Assembly (NCBI GenBank): GCA_951406725.2
Contig: OX597831.1
Coordinates: forward strand, 37,076,001-37,140,000
DNA: 64,000 nucleotides
Reading direction: 5' to 3'
Source of the DNA: Octopus vulgaris
Lineage: Eukaryota
The first letter of the stretch is position 1; every line of letters starts with the position of its first letter. This document shows, in pieces, positions 1-13,717 of the stretch. Under the pieces are notes generated by a model. It was given only the letters and a program-made list of their open reading frames with translations, was not told where the DNA came from and made no database searches. The translations under genes were made by a program, and so were the position numbers.

Positions 1-180
1 TCAAGTAACACAGGAGTGGATGGTTGAAAATGTTCATGATCACAGAACCCCTAACATTTGGCCTTTTAATTCCCCAGATCTCAATTCATTGGACTATTAC
101 AGGTGGAGCGTTGTTGGGAGAGAGGTCAATGAACACGCCCATAACACCAAAGATTCTTTGAAAGTTGGCATAGTCAGAGT
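1..180 (+). pseudogene. Tc1/mariner (maT/DD37D-like) transposase C-terminal fragment
   Basis: Translates to ...TPNIWPFNSPDLNSLDYYRWSVVGREVN..., the WPxxSPDLNPLDY motif; same family as 8292-9510. Confidence 0.75.
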
Positions 181-378
181 CCACTTACATGGCAAAAATG
201 AGTTGTTACTGTAATTCAAAGGGCCAGCCTTGTCATATTCTGTCATGCTGAACTTCCCTAAGAACTATGTTAAGGGTATGCATGTCTGTCAAGGGCACAG
301 AAAGTTTTATATTAACAGGTTGTTCCAATGATCAGATCAGGTGGAACATTCATCATGGTAACTGACGTGAGTGCCACA
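180..378 (+). mobile_element. Degraded 3' body of tRNA-derived SINE (family C)
   Basis: ttcaaagggccagccttgtc...gaactatgttaagggta... matches the bodies at 7250-7460 and 14450-14620. Confidence 0.7.
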
Positions 379-792
379 AAGAAATTTTAAAATAACTAAA
401 AATATCGATATTTTGTTACATTCGTTTTAATAAGCCAATTTCCTATTTATGAACCAATCAGGCAAAAATATGTGTAATTGTGACGCTTAACATTCTCTCT
501 GAGACATCCGTGGCTCAAGTAATTTAAAATGGGTTTTCCTGAAAATCAGAATTATATGGTATATTTACTGGAAACCTACCTGTTGCGTGAACATTCTAAC
601 CTTTTGCGAAAAACAAATATTCTGTATTGTAAAAAGTTATGGAATATGTTTGCAAAACTTTGTTTCAAAATTTTCAACAAAATTATATAAATTCATTGTA
701 TTTCGCATATTTCATCATATGAATACATGCATCAAATAAATGGTTTCTATTAATCTGTTTACCTTTCTATCTATCTATGTTTCTCTCTATCC

Positions 793-835
<43 letters not shown>

Positions 836-867
836 TATCTGTCTGTGTGTGTGTGTGTGTGTATACG

Positions 868-920
<53 letters not shown>

Positions 921-945
921 CTTAGGCGTGTATATTAATAGTTTC

Positions 946-996
<51 letters not shown>

Positions 997-1412
997 CACA
1001 CATATCTAAGAATATTACATGCACACACTCACATTTCTCACAAAGAATGATCATGCAGTTTCAGACATGTCTAGCATATAGCCTATTAATAATTTCCAGC
1101 TATATTACTTATGTATATATCTTAATAATGTCTGTTTGTAGAAACATGTGAGTGTGTTTACAAACAGCGTCAACATCAACAAAAACCATAACAGCAATAA
1201 CAACAGCAAGAACAACATTAATAATAATATGAAGAACGAGAACAAGAAGAAACGGAAAACGAAGAAGACAGTTTAAAAGAAAAGGAAAAAAACGGTAACA
1301 TATGTCATGCAGAGCTAACTTTCTTGAAATTTATGTAATCTATTTTTAAATAACATTCGTATGCTCCTACATAGACACATTGATGAATATCTTAACGAAA
1401 ACAATGACATTG

Positions 1413-1469
<57 letters not shown>

Positions 1470-1588
1470 TTAAACAAATAGATAAATAAATAGATAAATC
1501 ACAAAAAAAATACAAAATCTTTTTTGACAAAGCAGAAATAATAAACAATAAAATGAATATATTGTACATACATATATACGTTCGTAAG

Positions 1589-1635
<47 letters not shown>

Positions 1636-1884
1636 ATGAATATATATTTATATACTTATATATACTCATACATAAATATATATATACATACATATATAGA
1701 TATATACATATTTATGTATGCGTGTGTTTGTGTGTGTATATACTTATATATATATATAGATAGATAGATACATACATTTTTATTTTCGTATGTATAAATA
1801 TATATATTTCTACATACACACAAATATGCATGCACATACATACATACATATATATAAATATATATATATATATATGTATGTATG

Positions 1885-1918
<34 letters not shown>

Positions 1919-2856
1919 CATATTTATGTGTGTATATATATATAAATCAGTTATATTGTAATTGAGATGTCTGGGTGGGATAGTACCTCTGAAAGGGGCA
2001 CCTGTGGTGCTCTTTGGAGTAGCTGGTCCACTTTGGTTCTCACCTGACACCCAGCTCCTACATTATGACTCACTGAAGCTGTCTACATGCAACGACAACC
2101 ACACCCCAGGTCACAACTTCCACAGGCCAGCTAAGCATGGTCAGGGTAGATGGTGGCCCTCGAGCCCTCAGTGAGCTAAGGCATCTCTGCCTATGCATTG
2201 GACGACTGAACCAATGGTAGACGTAAGGAAGAAGCCACCAGATAGATACATATGTGTGTGTGTGTATTTGGATTAACCTACCTACCCTTTGTGCATTTGG
2301 GTTGATCTTAAAACACTATTATCTATAGCTTCACAATCTAAAGATGTAATTTTAGCTCTCACTATATGAGTAAGTTCCGACGCAACATTCGAGTTTTAAA
2401 AATTCTTAAATTTCTCATGTTGCTTAAAACTTTAAGATTTATATAACTGTTTTATAAATCCTTTAGATTAACTCTGATGAGAAAAATATAGATGATTGTT
2501 ATGACTGGAATTAACTCACTCATACCAACCTATACCTTCTCGAAACGGCCGTCAGACTTTGCGCCCGTTCAAGATTCCTTTCAAAATTATTTTACACTAA
2601 ATTTCTCATCCATTTGGATAACCGCTATACATTCACCATCCGCATACTTTAATATCCTCATTGATTTTAATACGGACACACAACACCGCAAGTGCCAATT
2701 TTAACCCACGCTGGTGGAAGGGGGAGAGCAGAAATTCTTCGCTTGCATATTTTGAATTTGTTAGCACTGTTAGTTCGAGCGGATCTCCGGAGGTGATAAG
2801 AAGCCAAAAGGGTATGCTCCCACTTTCAGTGTTCCCAAATCAGAATCAAGGAGTTC

Positions 2857-2908
2857 TGAGCTGACGAAAGAAATGTCGATTTGACTAATCTAGAAACGTA
2901 CATTCTCA
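2857..2908 (+). ncRNA. Minimal type-I hammerhead motif, copy 1 (G16.2>A defect)
   Basis: tgag-CTGACGA-[a aga aat gtc gattt gac taa tct a]-GAAA-CGTACA-TT-ctca. Confidence 0.7.
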
Positions 2909-3415
2909 AATAACCTTTGCACTTGTGATTTTTTTAATGTTTTTACCCCCATACCTTCGTGAGTTGGTTTGAGCAAACACTATCTGAGAGAGATTTTCTT
3001 TAAGTATTAGAAATAGCTAAAAAAATTTTTTAGCTGCTATTTCTAATGAGTTCAGTATGTGGCAAAGTAATTTATTTTACTAAGCCCTTTTATATAATGT
3101 AATATTTTGAATTCGCCTTAAATGGTCCCTTTACATACTGAATACTTGGTGAAATTGATTAATAATTAATTAATTTTACCCTCAATTGTTGAAATTATAA
3201 TTCATTTCTCTCTGTTTAATGCTTCGGTTTTCACCGATAAAACATAGTATTTACCAATTTTAACCCACGCTGGTGGAAGGGGGAGAGCAGAAATTCTTCG
3301 CTTGCATATTTTGAATTTGTTAGCACTGTTAGTTCGAGCGGATCTCCGGAGGTGATAAGAAGCCAAAAGGGTATGCTCCCACTTTCAGTGTTCCCAAATC
3401 AGAATCAAGGAGTTC

Positions 3416-3467
3416 TGAGCTGACGAAAGAAATGTCGATTTGACTAATCTAGAAACGTACGTTCTCA
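3416..3467 (+). ncRNA. Minimal type-I hammerhead motif, copy 2 (intact core)
   Basis: Stem I tgag/ctca; CTGACGA; stem II aga/tct and gtc/gac; GAAA; palindromic stem III CGTACG; GUU triplet. Confidence 0.85.
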
Positions 3468-3685
3468 AATAACCTTTGCACTTGTGATTTTTTTAATGTT
3501 TTTACCCCCATACCTTCGTGAGTTGGTTTGAGCAAACACTATCTGAGAGAGATTTTCTTTAAGTATTAGAAATAGCTAAAACAATTTTTTAGCTGCTATT
3601 TCTAATGAGTTCAGTATGTGGCAAAGTAATTTATTTTACTAAGCCCTTTTATATAATGTAATATATATATACATATATATATATA

Positions 3686-3978
3686 CAGTGGCGGACTGGG
3701 TCTAAAAATATTTGTTGCCAGGAGACTAAAGGGTCCCACACGCAACTGCAATGCTATCATTTATTTTTTTAAAATGTTTGGTAAAAGGCATTATTTTCAA
3801 CTGTCTACAAACCACCAGGCGTACATAATTAATGTATTCTTCTTGGAGTAAATAAAAAATTATCAAACTTGAGGAGATGGGCCCTTAGATACTAACATGG
3901 GCTCCCATATATGGATTCTAATGGCGCAGGAGTCCACTTGCCATCGGGCAAACTGGCAACCTGGCCACCCCGTCACTA
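3686..3978. mobile_element. MITE with short imperfect TIRs (hAT-like ends) inside (TA)n
   Basis: Left cagtggcggactgg vs reverse complement of right end tagtgacggggtgg. Confidence 0.5.
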
Positions 3979-4614
3979 TATATATATCTATACATAGTCA
4001 GACATGCAAACCCATACAGTGTAATTTCTAGGAGATGCTGTCTCTGCTCCGAGGAGTCCCTGCCTATTCTGTGGACTAACGAAAAGATACTTAATAGAAT
4101 TTCTGAAAGACTATCGAGATACCTACACGCATATAAATGTACTTTCGCACAACGCAGCGAGAATGAATTTTGAGTAATTTAGTGTAATTTTATTTTATTT
4201 TACTTTAAGGTATGGATGACTTAAATTTACTTAAAACCTCCCCATTCTTCTAAACGCCTACTAAATATCTAACTCGCTTTGTGACAGTTATTTTCGATAC
4301 TTTTCTCGCTGGATTAAGCGTTCGTTTCTCTTTCTGTAGTTTGCAATTTTAGGTTTTGGTATTTATATATATATGAGGAATTTTCATCCGTCTGGTTGTA
4401 TTTCTCTCTACAAAACAGAAAGTTGCATTATGGAACAGTCATTGTAATGAGTTTTTTAAAAATCTATTTATCACTCGACGAGATACTTCTGCAACACCGG
4501 ATACTCCTGAAGAAGTTTTTGTGCGTCCCACAAGAGGAGTCGATGCTAGATATGTTGAAACAATTGCTGTGATTAATAATATATTCTCATATTCCATCTT
4601 CTCTATCTAATTTG

Positions 4615-4667
<53 letters not shown>

Positions 4668-5761
4668 ATACTTATATATATATGCACAAAAATGCAAATG
4701 CTTCAACCATGTTTACAATAATTTATTCATGCCAAAATTTCACATGCATTTAGAATTTATATATTTTTTGTATTGTTTTTTTTTAACTAAACATCATATT
4801 GTTCACATATTGTTATTTCTGAAGTAGATTTTTGCTGCACATTCTGCAGCTAAACTGCATATATAAAGCATATTCTTGGCTTGATTTATTATTTCTGTTA
4901 TCTCTTCCTTGTAATTCTCTGTATTCTGTGTTGAGTTCAATTATTTGTAATTAGATGGATTTATCTTCATCGTTTATTTCGTTTGTATTTATTTCTTGAA
5001 TTTGTTTAAATTATTGAACTCGTTTCAGTTATTTTATTATTTTATTTATTTAATTTTCCATTTATTTATTTATTTTTATTTAGTTATTTAATTTATTCAT
5101 TTAAATTTATATCTGACATTTGTAAATATTTATTTGCATTAATTTGACGCACTTATTTATTTTTATTTATGTAAATTTTAACTATTTATTACATAGTTTG
5201 ATTTTATTTAGTTTCAATTTTTTTAAATACTTATTTTATTTAATACCTCTTTAGTTATATGTATTCAACTTTTTCATTTTCTTGTTTTATTTTTTACATT
5301 TATCTATGTTTACTTATTCTTTAATTATGTTTATATTTAGTTATTTAGTTTCGTAGTTGTTTATTCAGTCCAATAAATGCCTTAATTAATTAAATCGTTG
5401 TTTATTTACTAAAACTATTTCTTTTCATTATTTATTATATTTCCTCATTCTGAATTTTATTTTATTTCATGAATTATTTATTTTCTTCAAAGCGACCTTG
5501 AGCAAAGCAGGATAAACATTCAGAAGGAGGAGAAAATATCAAAAAAGTAACACGAAAAAGAAATAAAATGCATTATTGTATTTAGATAACGACATCTTTA
5601 TTTCTCAAAAGCAAAAAAACATTGTAAGTTAATTTTTTGTTTATTTTCTACTGACAAATCAAATGATTTTATGAACAAAAATATTTATCAAGGATTAACA
5701 GTGTGAAATTACGCTTTTCATTTGTTTTAGGGATGCATTCATCATTGCTTTATGTTTATAC

Positions 5762-5996
5762 ATATTTCTTTACTACCCACAAGGGGCTAAACATAGAGGG
5801 GACAAACAAGGACAGACAAACGGATTAAGTCGATTACATCGACCCCCAGTGCGTAACTGGTACTTAATTTATCGACCCCGAAATGATGAAAGGCAAAGTC
5901 AACCTCGGCGGAATTTGAACTCAGAATGTAACGGCAGACGAAATACGGCTTCGCATTTCGCCCGGCCTGCTAACGATTCTGCCAGCTCGCCGCCCC
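5762..5996 (-). mobile_element. tRNA-derived SINE family A
   Basis: Head ggcggcgagctggcagaatcg...gagttcaaattcc, core tttcatcatttcggggtcgataaattaagtacc; flanked by GTTTATACA repeats. Confidence 0.85.
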
Positions 5997-6104
5997 AAGT
6001 TTATACAGCATCTTCGTTGCACAGAGATTCTCATATCTCATGTCTATTGCTAGAAACTATTATTCGTTAAGCATTTTTGCTTTTGGAGTATCACCGATAG
6101 CCAA

Positions 6105-6269
6105 ACAAATCGACTCGGGGACTTATTCTTCGTAAGCCGAGTATTTACTCTTTCAGTCTCTTTTGCCGAACTGCTAACTTATGAGGACGTAAACACACCA
6201 ACATCGGTTGTCAAGCGATGGTTGGGGGACAAACACAGACACACAAATACATAAACACATACATACATC

Positions 6270-6340
<71 letters not shown>

Positions 6341-6420
6341 GATGGCGTACCAAATCGGCCCACAAGATTTTGGTCGGCCCGAGGCTCTAGGAGAAGACAC
6401 TTGCCCAAGGTACCACGCAA
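6105..6420 (-). mobile_element. SINE family B, 5'-truncated, with internal (TA)n/(TG)n
   Basis: Homologous to 13718-14131. Confidence 0.8.
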
Positions 6421-6619
6421 TATTTCTGTCCAAACAAACATATTCCTTTCCTTGCATCATCCTCAGTATTTAATTAATAATTTCAAACAGTTGGATAAAT
6501 ACCCAAGTGGCCTGAGGATTACATTACATTACTATGGATTCCATAGTTGGATGCCCTAATAATAACAACTTTACTGTGTGTACCGAATGCTTTATATATA
6601 TATATATATATATATATGG

Positions 6620-6889
6620 TGGAACTCCGACGAAGGTTCCAGTTAATCCGATCAACGGAACGGCCTGCTTGAGAAATTAACGTGCAAGTGGCTGAGCACT
6701 CCACAGACATGTGTACCCTTAATATAGTTCTCAGGGAGATTCAGCGTGACATAGAATGTTCAAAAGAAACAGGAAGAAAGAGTGAGACAAATTTGTGGTG
6801 AAAGGGTACAGCAGGGTTCGCCACCATCCACTGCCGGAGCCACGTGGGGCTTTGGGTGTTTTCACTGAATAAACACTCACAACGCCCAG
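6620..6889 (-). mobile_element. SINE family C, partial
   Basis: Reverse complement of much of 14315-14620. Confidence 0.8.
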
Positions 6890-7139
6890 TGTATCTCGGG
6901 ATCAATCATTATCATTTTCTATGTAGAGTTACTAAACATCAAATGTGGATTTTCTTTACTATAGAAAACCAAAGGTTGTGAGCTTCAGAGTTGATCAATG
7001 GATGATGTATAAATTTTAAAATATTTTCGTATTTTTTAAGGCGCAATAACAACAATAATGGCGATAACGATAGTTACTGGTGCTAGAGAAAAGAAAATTT
7101 TGTTCTACGTAAATAGATATGTGATATATTGATGGCAGT

Positions 7140-7466
7140 GAGGGCGCGTGGCTTAGTGGTTAGGGCATTCGGCTCATGATCGTAAGGTTGTGAGTTCGAT
7201 TCCCGGCGACGCGTTGTGTCCTTGAGCAAGACACTTTATTTCACGTTGCTCCAGTCCACTCAGCTGGCAAAAATGAGTTGTACTTGTATTTCAAAGGGTC
7301 AGCCTTGTCACTCTCTGTGTCACGCTGATTATCCCCGAGAACTACGTTAAGGGTACACGTGTCTGTGGAATGCTCAGCCATTTGCACGTTAATTTCACGA
7401 GCAAGCTGTTCCGTTGATCGTATCAGCTGGGACCCTCGTCGTCGTAACCGGCGGAGTCTTTTTTTT
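7140..7466 (+). mobile_element. tRNA-derived SINE: distinct head plus family C 3' body
   Basis: A box TGGCTTAGTGG, B box GAGTTCGATTCC; 3' half shared with 14450-14620. Confidence 0.85.
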
Positions 7467-7793
7467 TTTATATTGATGGCAAGTAAATTTGACAGTAAGT
7501 TACTTTATAACATGGAGCATTGTTTAGTATATTAGATGTAGAAGACACGAATAACTGAAAGATAGGATAAGTTTTAAAATGCAGAAAAAAATATACCATT
7601 ATGAAAGGGAATAATAATAAAGAAGATGGTGATGATAATGAAGATGATGTGTGCGCGCATGTTTGTGTGTGTATGCATGTGTGCACACACGTATTCAAGT
7701 ATGTCTGTGTATACACACACGCACATATATGTATATACTTGCCTACATACATGCCTGCATTATATATATATGTAGGTATATATATATATATGC

Positions 7794-7869
<76 letters not shown>

Positions 7870-7937
7870 TTCTATATATATATATATATGTGAATGTATG
7901 CACGTAAATATGTATGTATATACATATATGTATATAA

Positions 7938-7988
<51 letters not shown>

Positions 7989-7989
7989 G

Positions 7990-8140
7990 GTCATGCAGCA
8001 TAGGAAGGGTACCTATTCCAACCATAAAAACCATGCCAAACCTGATGTGGTGCTTGATATGCCCCTGTCAGATCTTTTCAAACTGTTCAACCCATGCCAG
8101 CGTGGAAATTGGACATTAAATGATGGTGATGATGATGATG
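7990..8140 (+). mobile_element. Retroelement 3' tail ending aacccatgccagc...(GAT)n
   Basis: Same tail at 27668-27730 (-) and 35085-35230 (+). Confidence 0.55.
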
Positions 8141-8154
8141 TTATACACACGTGC

Positions 8155-8237
<83 letters not shown>

Positions 8238-8291
8238 CATACATACATACATACATACATACACACACACACATGTATACAAATATACATA

Positions 8292-9510
8292 CAGAGTGCG
8301 ATGAGTAAATTGTCGCCAGTTCATATTTTTAATTTTGCGCATTGCTTGTTTTTGATTTTGTTGACATCACAGTATAGCAGGGTCAGTTGGGCACGGTCTG
8401 TTAGAAAAACAGCACCATGACGCAATTTACTCCGCCGGATAATTGGAAGTCACATGCTGTACTGTTTGGCCTTCATGCGGGAAGTTCCAATACTAGTGTT
8501 TCAGAGTATTTGGGTGTCAATTTGAGGATAGTGCAGAGGATTCGTGAAGAGTTGGATGAGTCTAATGGTGATTACGAATGTACGGTAGCTCGGAAAACTC
8601 ACTCTGATCATTCTGGTAAGAAAAGAACTCCTGAATTTGCTGGTGAGATCCATACCTCCAAGTCAATCAAGTCCATTGCCAGGGACATGGGAGTGACTGA
8701 GTTTTTTTATCAGGCAGATAGTGCATGAAGACATTTGGTATTCTTCATACAAGATGAGAAAGGGCCAATTTTTATCCGAAGCCATCAAGGACAAGGGGGA
8801 ATGACTGCGCTACAAATGCTGTTGAACAAACTCAAGGATCCCTTCCAACCAAACATGCTTTGTGTTTTTGCAGACGAAAAAATTTTCCGCCAGGATCAGA
8901 TAGTGAACACAGAATATCTGTTGGCTTGCTGTGTCCCCAAACATGTACCGAGAATGATAAAAATCAAACATCTAGTCAATATCATGGTGGGTGGAGTGAT
9001 GGCGACGACATGCTTCAATTCATCTTCAACAAGGAGGCCTACGTAAAGTGCTTGGAGGAGGTAGTGCTGCCCTGGGTCAAGAGTGTGACAACTGGAAGAA
9101 CCTATGCCTGACAACAAGACTCTGCACCATGCCACACAAGCAGAATAATCCAGTTATGGCTGTCAGACAATTTCTTTGACCCCATCAACCTAACATCTGG
9201 CCTTCTAACTTCCCAATCAGGAACCCCCTTGATGATTATGTGAGGGGCGTAGTCGAGTGAAAGACTAAACTAACAAAAGTAAAAAAAAAAGATGAACTGA
9301 AGGCAAGGATTAGGGCAGCATTTACCAACTTAAACAAGGAGACCACCCAGAAGAGTTGCAGGAGATTCCGAAGTTGTCTGGAGGCCGTGGTTGAAGCCAA
9401 TGGCGATTTTATTGAATAAATTTACTCTTTAGTATTTCAAGACAGATTTATGTGATTTTGGTAAATATATCTTTTGAAATGGGATGTCGGTGTTTATTCA
9501 CTGCACCCTG
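8292..9510 (+). mobile_element. Full-length degenerate Tc1/mariner transposon, maT (DD37D)-like
   Basis: TIRs cagagtgcgatgagtaaa / tttattcactgcaccctg, TA flanks; frameshifted transposase with FADEK, QQDSAPCH, WPSN..NPLD; ~37 aa between the second and third D. Confidence 0.85.
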
Positions 9511-9738
9511 TATACATATGTGTGCGTATGTGTGTGGGGGTGTGTGTATGTGTGTGTGTGCGTGTCTGAGAATTCATTATTAATCACAATTGTAAACTAC
9601 CAGGTGTAAACCGTTCGTTTTATTATCCATTATATATATAAAATGCACGAAACTTTCAGAACATCAATCACTCGGTTACTTCTAAATATTAATGTATGTA
9701 TGTAATTTCTTTGTATACACTAAACAATGAACATAGGC

Positions 9739-9808
<70 letters not shown>

Positions 9809-10169
9809 GAGAGAGAGAGAGAGAAAGAATATTAATGAATGAAAAATTGAAAGAGAGAATGAGCAAGAAAGTGAGAGAGGTTGGCACTAATGTGAAAGGT
9901 TAATTTAACAGTTGAATAATGTCAAGTCTTAGAATCAGATATTTCAATGTGAATGTCAGCACGGAACTAGCATTTTTCTAGAGTGCTTGTTTTTATTTTT
10001 CTCTTAGATATAATATTTAACACTATCATTCTATCATTCCATCATTCCAACCATTCTATCATTCCGTCATTCCATCTGTACATTGTTTTATTTAACTCTT
10101 CTGATAGTATAACTGATCAAATATGAGAACAGACTGTGCTGAATAGATTTTTTTTAGATTTATATACTG

Positions 10170-11366
10170 CCAAGTATACTGGATGATGGTGATCTGTTGA
10201 CATCGTTTTATTGGACTTTGCCAAAGCTTTTGACTCGGTAAACCACCGCCTATTACTTGTCAAGCTTCAAGCATATAGTTTCCATACGGATATTGTACGA
10301 TGGGTTGGTGCCTTCCTCTCAGATCGCTCCTTCCAAGTCCAAGTTAATGGTTCGCTGTCCGACGTCTCCAGTGCGAGCAGTGGCGTGCCTCAAGGTTCAG
10401 TGCTTGGGCCCTTATTGTTCTTAGACTTCATAAATGACTTGCCCGACGACCTCGCACAACACACCCTTCTATTTGCCGATGACGTCAAACTGGTCGCTCC
10501 TCGCGGTGATATAGATGATCTTCGTCGATGCCTCCACCAAATTTGGAGATGGTCTAACGAATGGGACCTGTGCCTGAACGTGTCAAAGTGCTGTCATCTG
10601 CCTGTTGGCTCTTCTCCTGCAACTCAACTTGATTTCGAGCCGGGCCGTCTGCTGCTGGAGAGGACCGACCAGGTAAAAGGACCTGGGTTGCTTGGTGGAT
10701 TCTTCCTTTTCGCCTTCGGCCCAGTGCGTCCATGCTGCCAAGAAAGCACACGGAGTTCTGTTTTTGATTCGACGGTCATTCGGAATGCTCACAGCAGCCA
10801 TATTCCTACCGCTCTATGTCACGCTGGTGAGACCCATATTGGAGTACGGGATTCAAGCGTCTTCTCCTTATCTTCCCAAAGACATACATCATCTCGAAAG
10901 AGTCCAGAAGCTGGCTACCCGCATGGTTCTTGGTCTCAAGCATTTGTCTTATTAATAAAGTCTGAAGACGCTCGACCTTTATTCTCTAGAAAAACGACGA
11001 CGCCGAGGTGATCTCATTCTTGCTCACAACATCATAAGCGGAAAGTGTAATCTCTCGAAAGAGCTGTTCTTCACTCCTGCTCCAGAGCGTCGGCTGCGGG
11101 GTCACTCCGAAAAGCTCTATCTGCGACGATTTCATCTCAGTCGAAGGAGAGAGGCTTTCTCCGTCCGGGTTGCGGATCCGTGGAATAAGCTGCCGGACGA
11201 GATAGTGAAGATGCCGACGACTGCTCGTTTCAAAGTGTCTCTTGACCAGAAATGGCCTGAACTCTTTGCATGAACACCACCCTGCACATAACTCTATGTC
11301 CCCCTACATGGCCTTGCTTTTTGAGCCAAAAAAAATTAACTTAACTTAACTTAACTTAACTTAACT
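10170..11366 (+). mobile_element. 5'-truncated CR1-clade LINE (frameshifted RT) with (TTAAC)n tail
   Basis: LDFAKAFDSV, GVPQGSVLGPLLF, LFADD, RRRRGDLI, RGH, WNKLP; tandem ttaac 3' repeat. Confidence 0.9.
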
Positions 11367-11399
11367 ATTAAAAGCTTTATAAGTCAATACTGCGTCCTA

Positions 11400-12200
11400 C
11401 TCTGTTAGCAGTGCGATTAAATCACTTTTATAGATTTTCTGTGGAAATGGGTGCTAGCATTGAAGGTTACGATGTTTCATATATAAATATATTCGTGGAA
11501 TGCAATCGAAGATAGAAAAGTGGGCAAATCGGTGCAAATGAATATATGGTGTCCCTACCAGTAATTATGTTCCAGTGGCTAAGAATGTGTTGAATATGTA
11601 AAATTGGCATATTCAATTGTGTTACACTGCTAAATTTAGTTGCTATTAAAGCTATATGTTCATAGATAGTTAATGGGTTGGATGTGATACTGAAGAAGGA
11701 GCAATAATACTTGAAATATGGATATACACCCAGGACCGGATTTAAACATTGGTGGGTCCGGAGCACACATATATATATATATATATATATACACAACACA
11801 CACACACACATACACGCACACTTAAACACACGCACACACACACATACACGCACACTTAAACACGCACACACATATATATATAATATATACGTGGGTGTAT
11901 ACGTATTATTTTAATTATGCCTTTATACACACACACATAAAAACAGACACACCGTCGGTTACGACAATTACACGTATCCAAAACAACTTCACCACTCTTC
12001 CAATTTCATTTTTCTTCTTAAAAAACAGGCTTTCGTCTACTTGGACTATATGTCGTACCACTGCACGACTGTCTCTCTGCTGATATTGCGGATGGACATG
12101 CAGCATGTCACTGGCATTTCACATATAAAGTCCAGGATTCTGTGAAAAAGTGTAAAGACCGTCAATTGACTTTCTTCCATAAAAGTATTAAAAATTATTT
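11400..12200 (-). pseudogene. Degraded, internally deleted Merlin/IS1595-like transposase split by a microsatellite
   Basis: Minus-strand ISRETVVQWY and IVQVDESLFFKKKNEIGRVVKLFWI resemble the TVVDW and VxIDESxF..K...GR...W motifs; PILHIQHIL downstream. Confidence 0.55.
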
Positions 12201-12410
12201 AGAAATTATAAAGAGAAACGAATGGTAGATTCGGAATATTCGTATTTTAAAACCACGAATATAAAAAAAATTGGAGAGGAGTGGGAGATGTTTTTTGTTA
12301 CATAATCATATCAATTCCATTATGTTGAAGACGGAATCGAAAAGACTTCGTCAAGATTTTTACATTTGCTTACATCATAATTCCGCCCATTCATATATAT
12401 ATATATATAT

Positions 12411-12784
12411 ATAATAATAATAAATATTAGGGAATAAATCCAAACTTACAGGGAAAAATCAGATTTAGGATTGAATCCAATTTTATAGTAAAATATTATA
12501 TTATATTAAATTAGAGACAAAACCACTATTAGGCAAATCAAACAATGAAAGACTTAAGCCAATACATATGATTAATTTATATTATTTAAATATGTAACAA
12601 AATTATCAAAAAATATATAATTAATATCCCACTACGATCGTTTCCTGCCTGCTGTCTTCAAATTTTTGAGTCGCAGTCATTCATCAGGTGGTTTAAATAT
12701 TTTTCTTGGCGAGGTTTAAATAATCATATGTATTGGCTTAAGTCTTTCATTGTTTGATTTGCCTAATAGTGGTTTTGTCTCTAA

Positions 12785-12792
<8 letters not shown>
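12411..12792 (-). mobile_element. Fold-back PLE-derived element between (TA)n tracts
   Basis: 72-bp inverted arms ~12503-12574 / 12721-12792 enclosing a hammerhead. Confidence 0.75.
12629..12691 (-). ncRNA. Type-I hammerhead motif (intact core)
   Basis: Minus strand: ccac-CTGATGA-a[tgactgc...gcaggca]g-GAAA-CGATCG-TA-gtgg. Confidence 0.85.
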
Positions 12793-12837
<45 letters not shown>

Positions 12838-12840
<3 letters not shown>

Positions 12841-13072
12841 GATGGCTCAAAAGTAAGTTTACAGTTATTCAACTATCTCTTTCGCATTCATATATTAACA
12901 GTTTAGATCTTAATTATGAAAAAATATGAAACCATTATTCTATGCTAATTTAGTTAATTGTGTCAAGCTCCCGTTTCAGTTTGTAAGATAGAAATTTAAA
13001 TGTAATAAAATATTTTAAAAGAAATTTAAAGTGCCTACATGATAACTGTGAACGTACTTTTGGGTCACCCTG
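12838..13072. mobile_element. Tc1/mariner-type MITE
   Basis: ~30-bp imperfect TIRs caggatggctcaaaagtaagtttacagttat / ataactgtgaacgtacttttgggtcaccctg, TA on the left. Confidence 0.75.
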
Positions 13073-13717
13073 TGTATATACGTCTGTGTGTGTGTCTGTG
13101 TGCTTGTGTGTTTAGTGTCTGTTTTTCCTTTAGTTTTTGCTTACTTATACACATCAACATTCATCTTTTATTTCTCTTTTATTCATTATATAGTTTTTAA
13201 TTGTCTGTCACTATTCTTCTGTTTTTAGTTTTTTTTATGTGTTGGAGTTTTCACTTTAGCGACACCAGTTACACAACAAAAGAAGGCATCGTTTTGTTTA
13301 AAACTGATTGTTGCAGAGATGTGAAAAAATATGGCTACTACTTTTCAAATTAAACTTTCCAAAGACGAGGGTCTTCCAGCTCCCTCTAGCACCCCAAGTC
13401 TCTTAACACCCCCTAGTGCCCCTTTGCTCCAAAACGTCCCCCCCCCCGAGCTCCAAATGACCTAAAGCAACTGAGATTTAGATGATGTTTACTTCCCTGT
13501 TCACTTTGTAACTTAGCAGCTCTAAGATCGAAAATGTTTCAGTTATGACCACATCTTATATTCAGAATGTTCTGTTCAGTTCTGAATTTAGCGCCTCCTT
13601 TTGTCTTTTCTTTCTTTCCAGCTGTGGTAGCCATGCATTGCCTTTAAAGCAAGACCCCTGTTTTCATCACTCTCTCATGGACATCGCTTCTTATATTCAG
13701 ACAATAAATATATCTAT

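Larger units (their letters stand above)
2695..3664 (+). mobile_element. Tandem pair of 411-bp direct repeats (2695-3105, 3254-3664; period 559), each with a hammerhead; PLE pLTR-like/retrozyme-like element ending in (TA)n
   Basis: Near-identical copies, 148-bp spacer, HHR at the same offset in each. Confidence 0.8.

Noticed and set aside
1965-2245. GC-rich island (also 47520-47690)
   Set aside because: No recognisable protein motif or splice structure; probably old retroelement fragments, unassignable by eye.
4503-4572. CTGAAGA...GAAACAATTG hammerhead-like motif near (TA)n
   Set aside because: Palindromic stem III is present, but U16.1 is replaced and stem I does not pair; at best a decayed copy.
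7140-7215. tRNA genes at SINE heads (also 14241, 31247, 54352)
   Set aside because: A/B boxes are present, but cloverleaves are incomplete and run into SINE bodies with TSDs.
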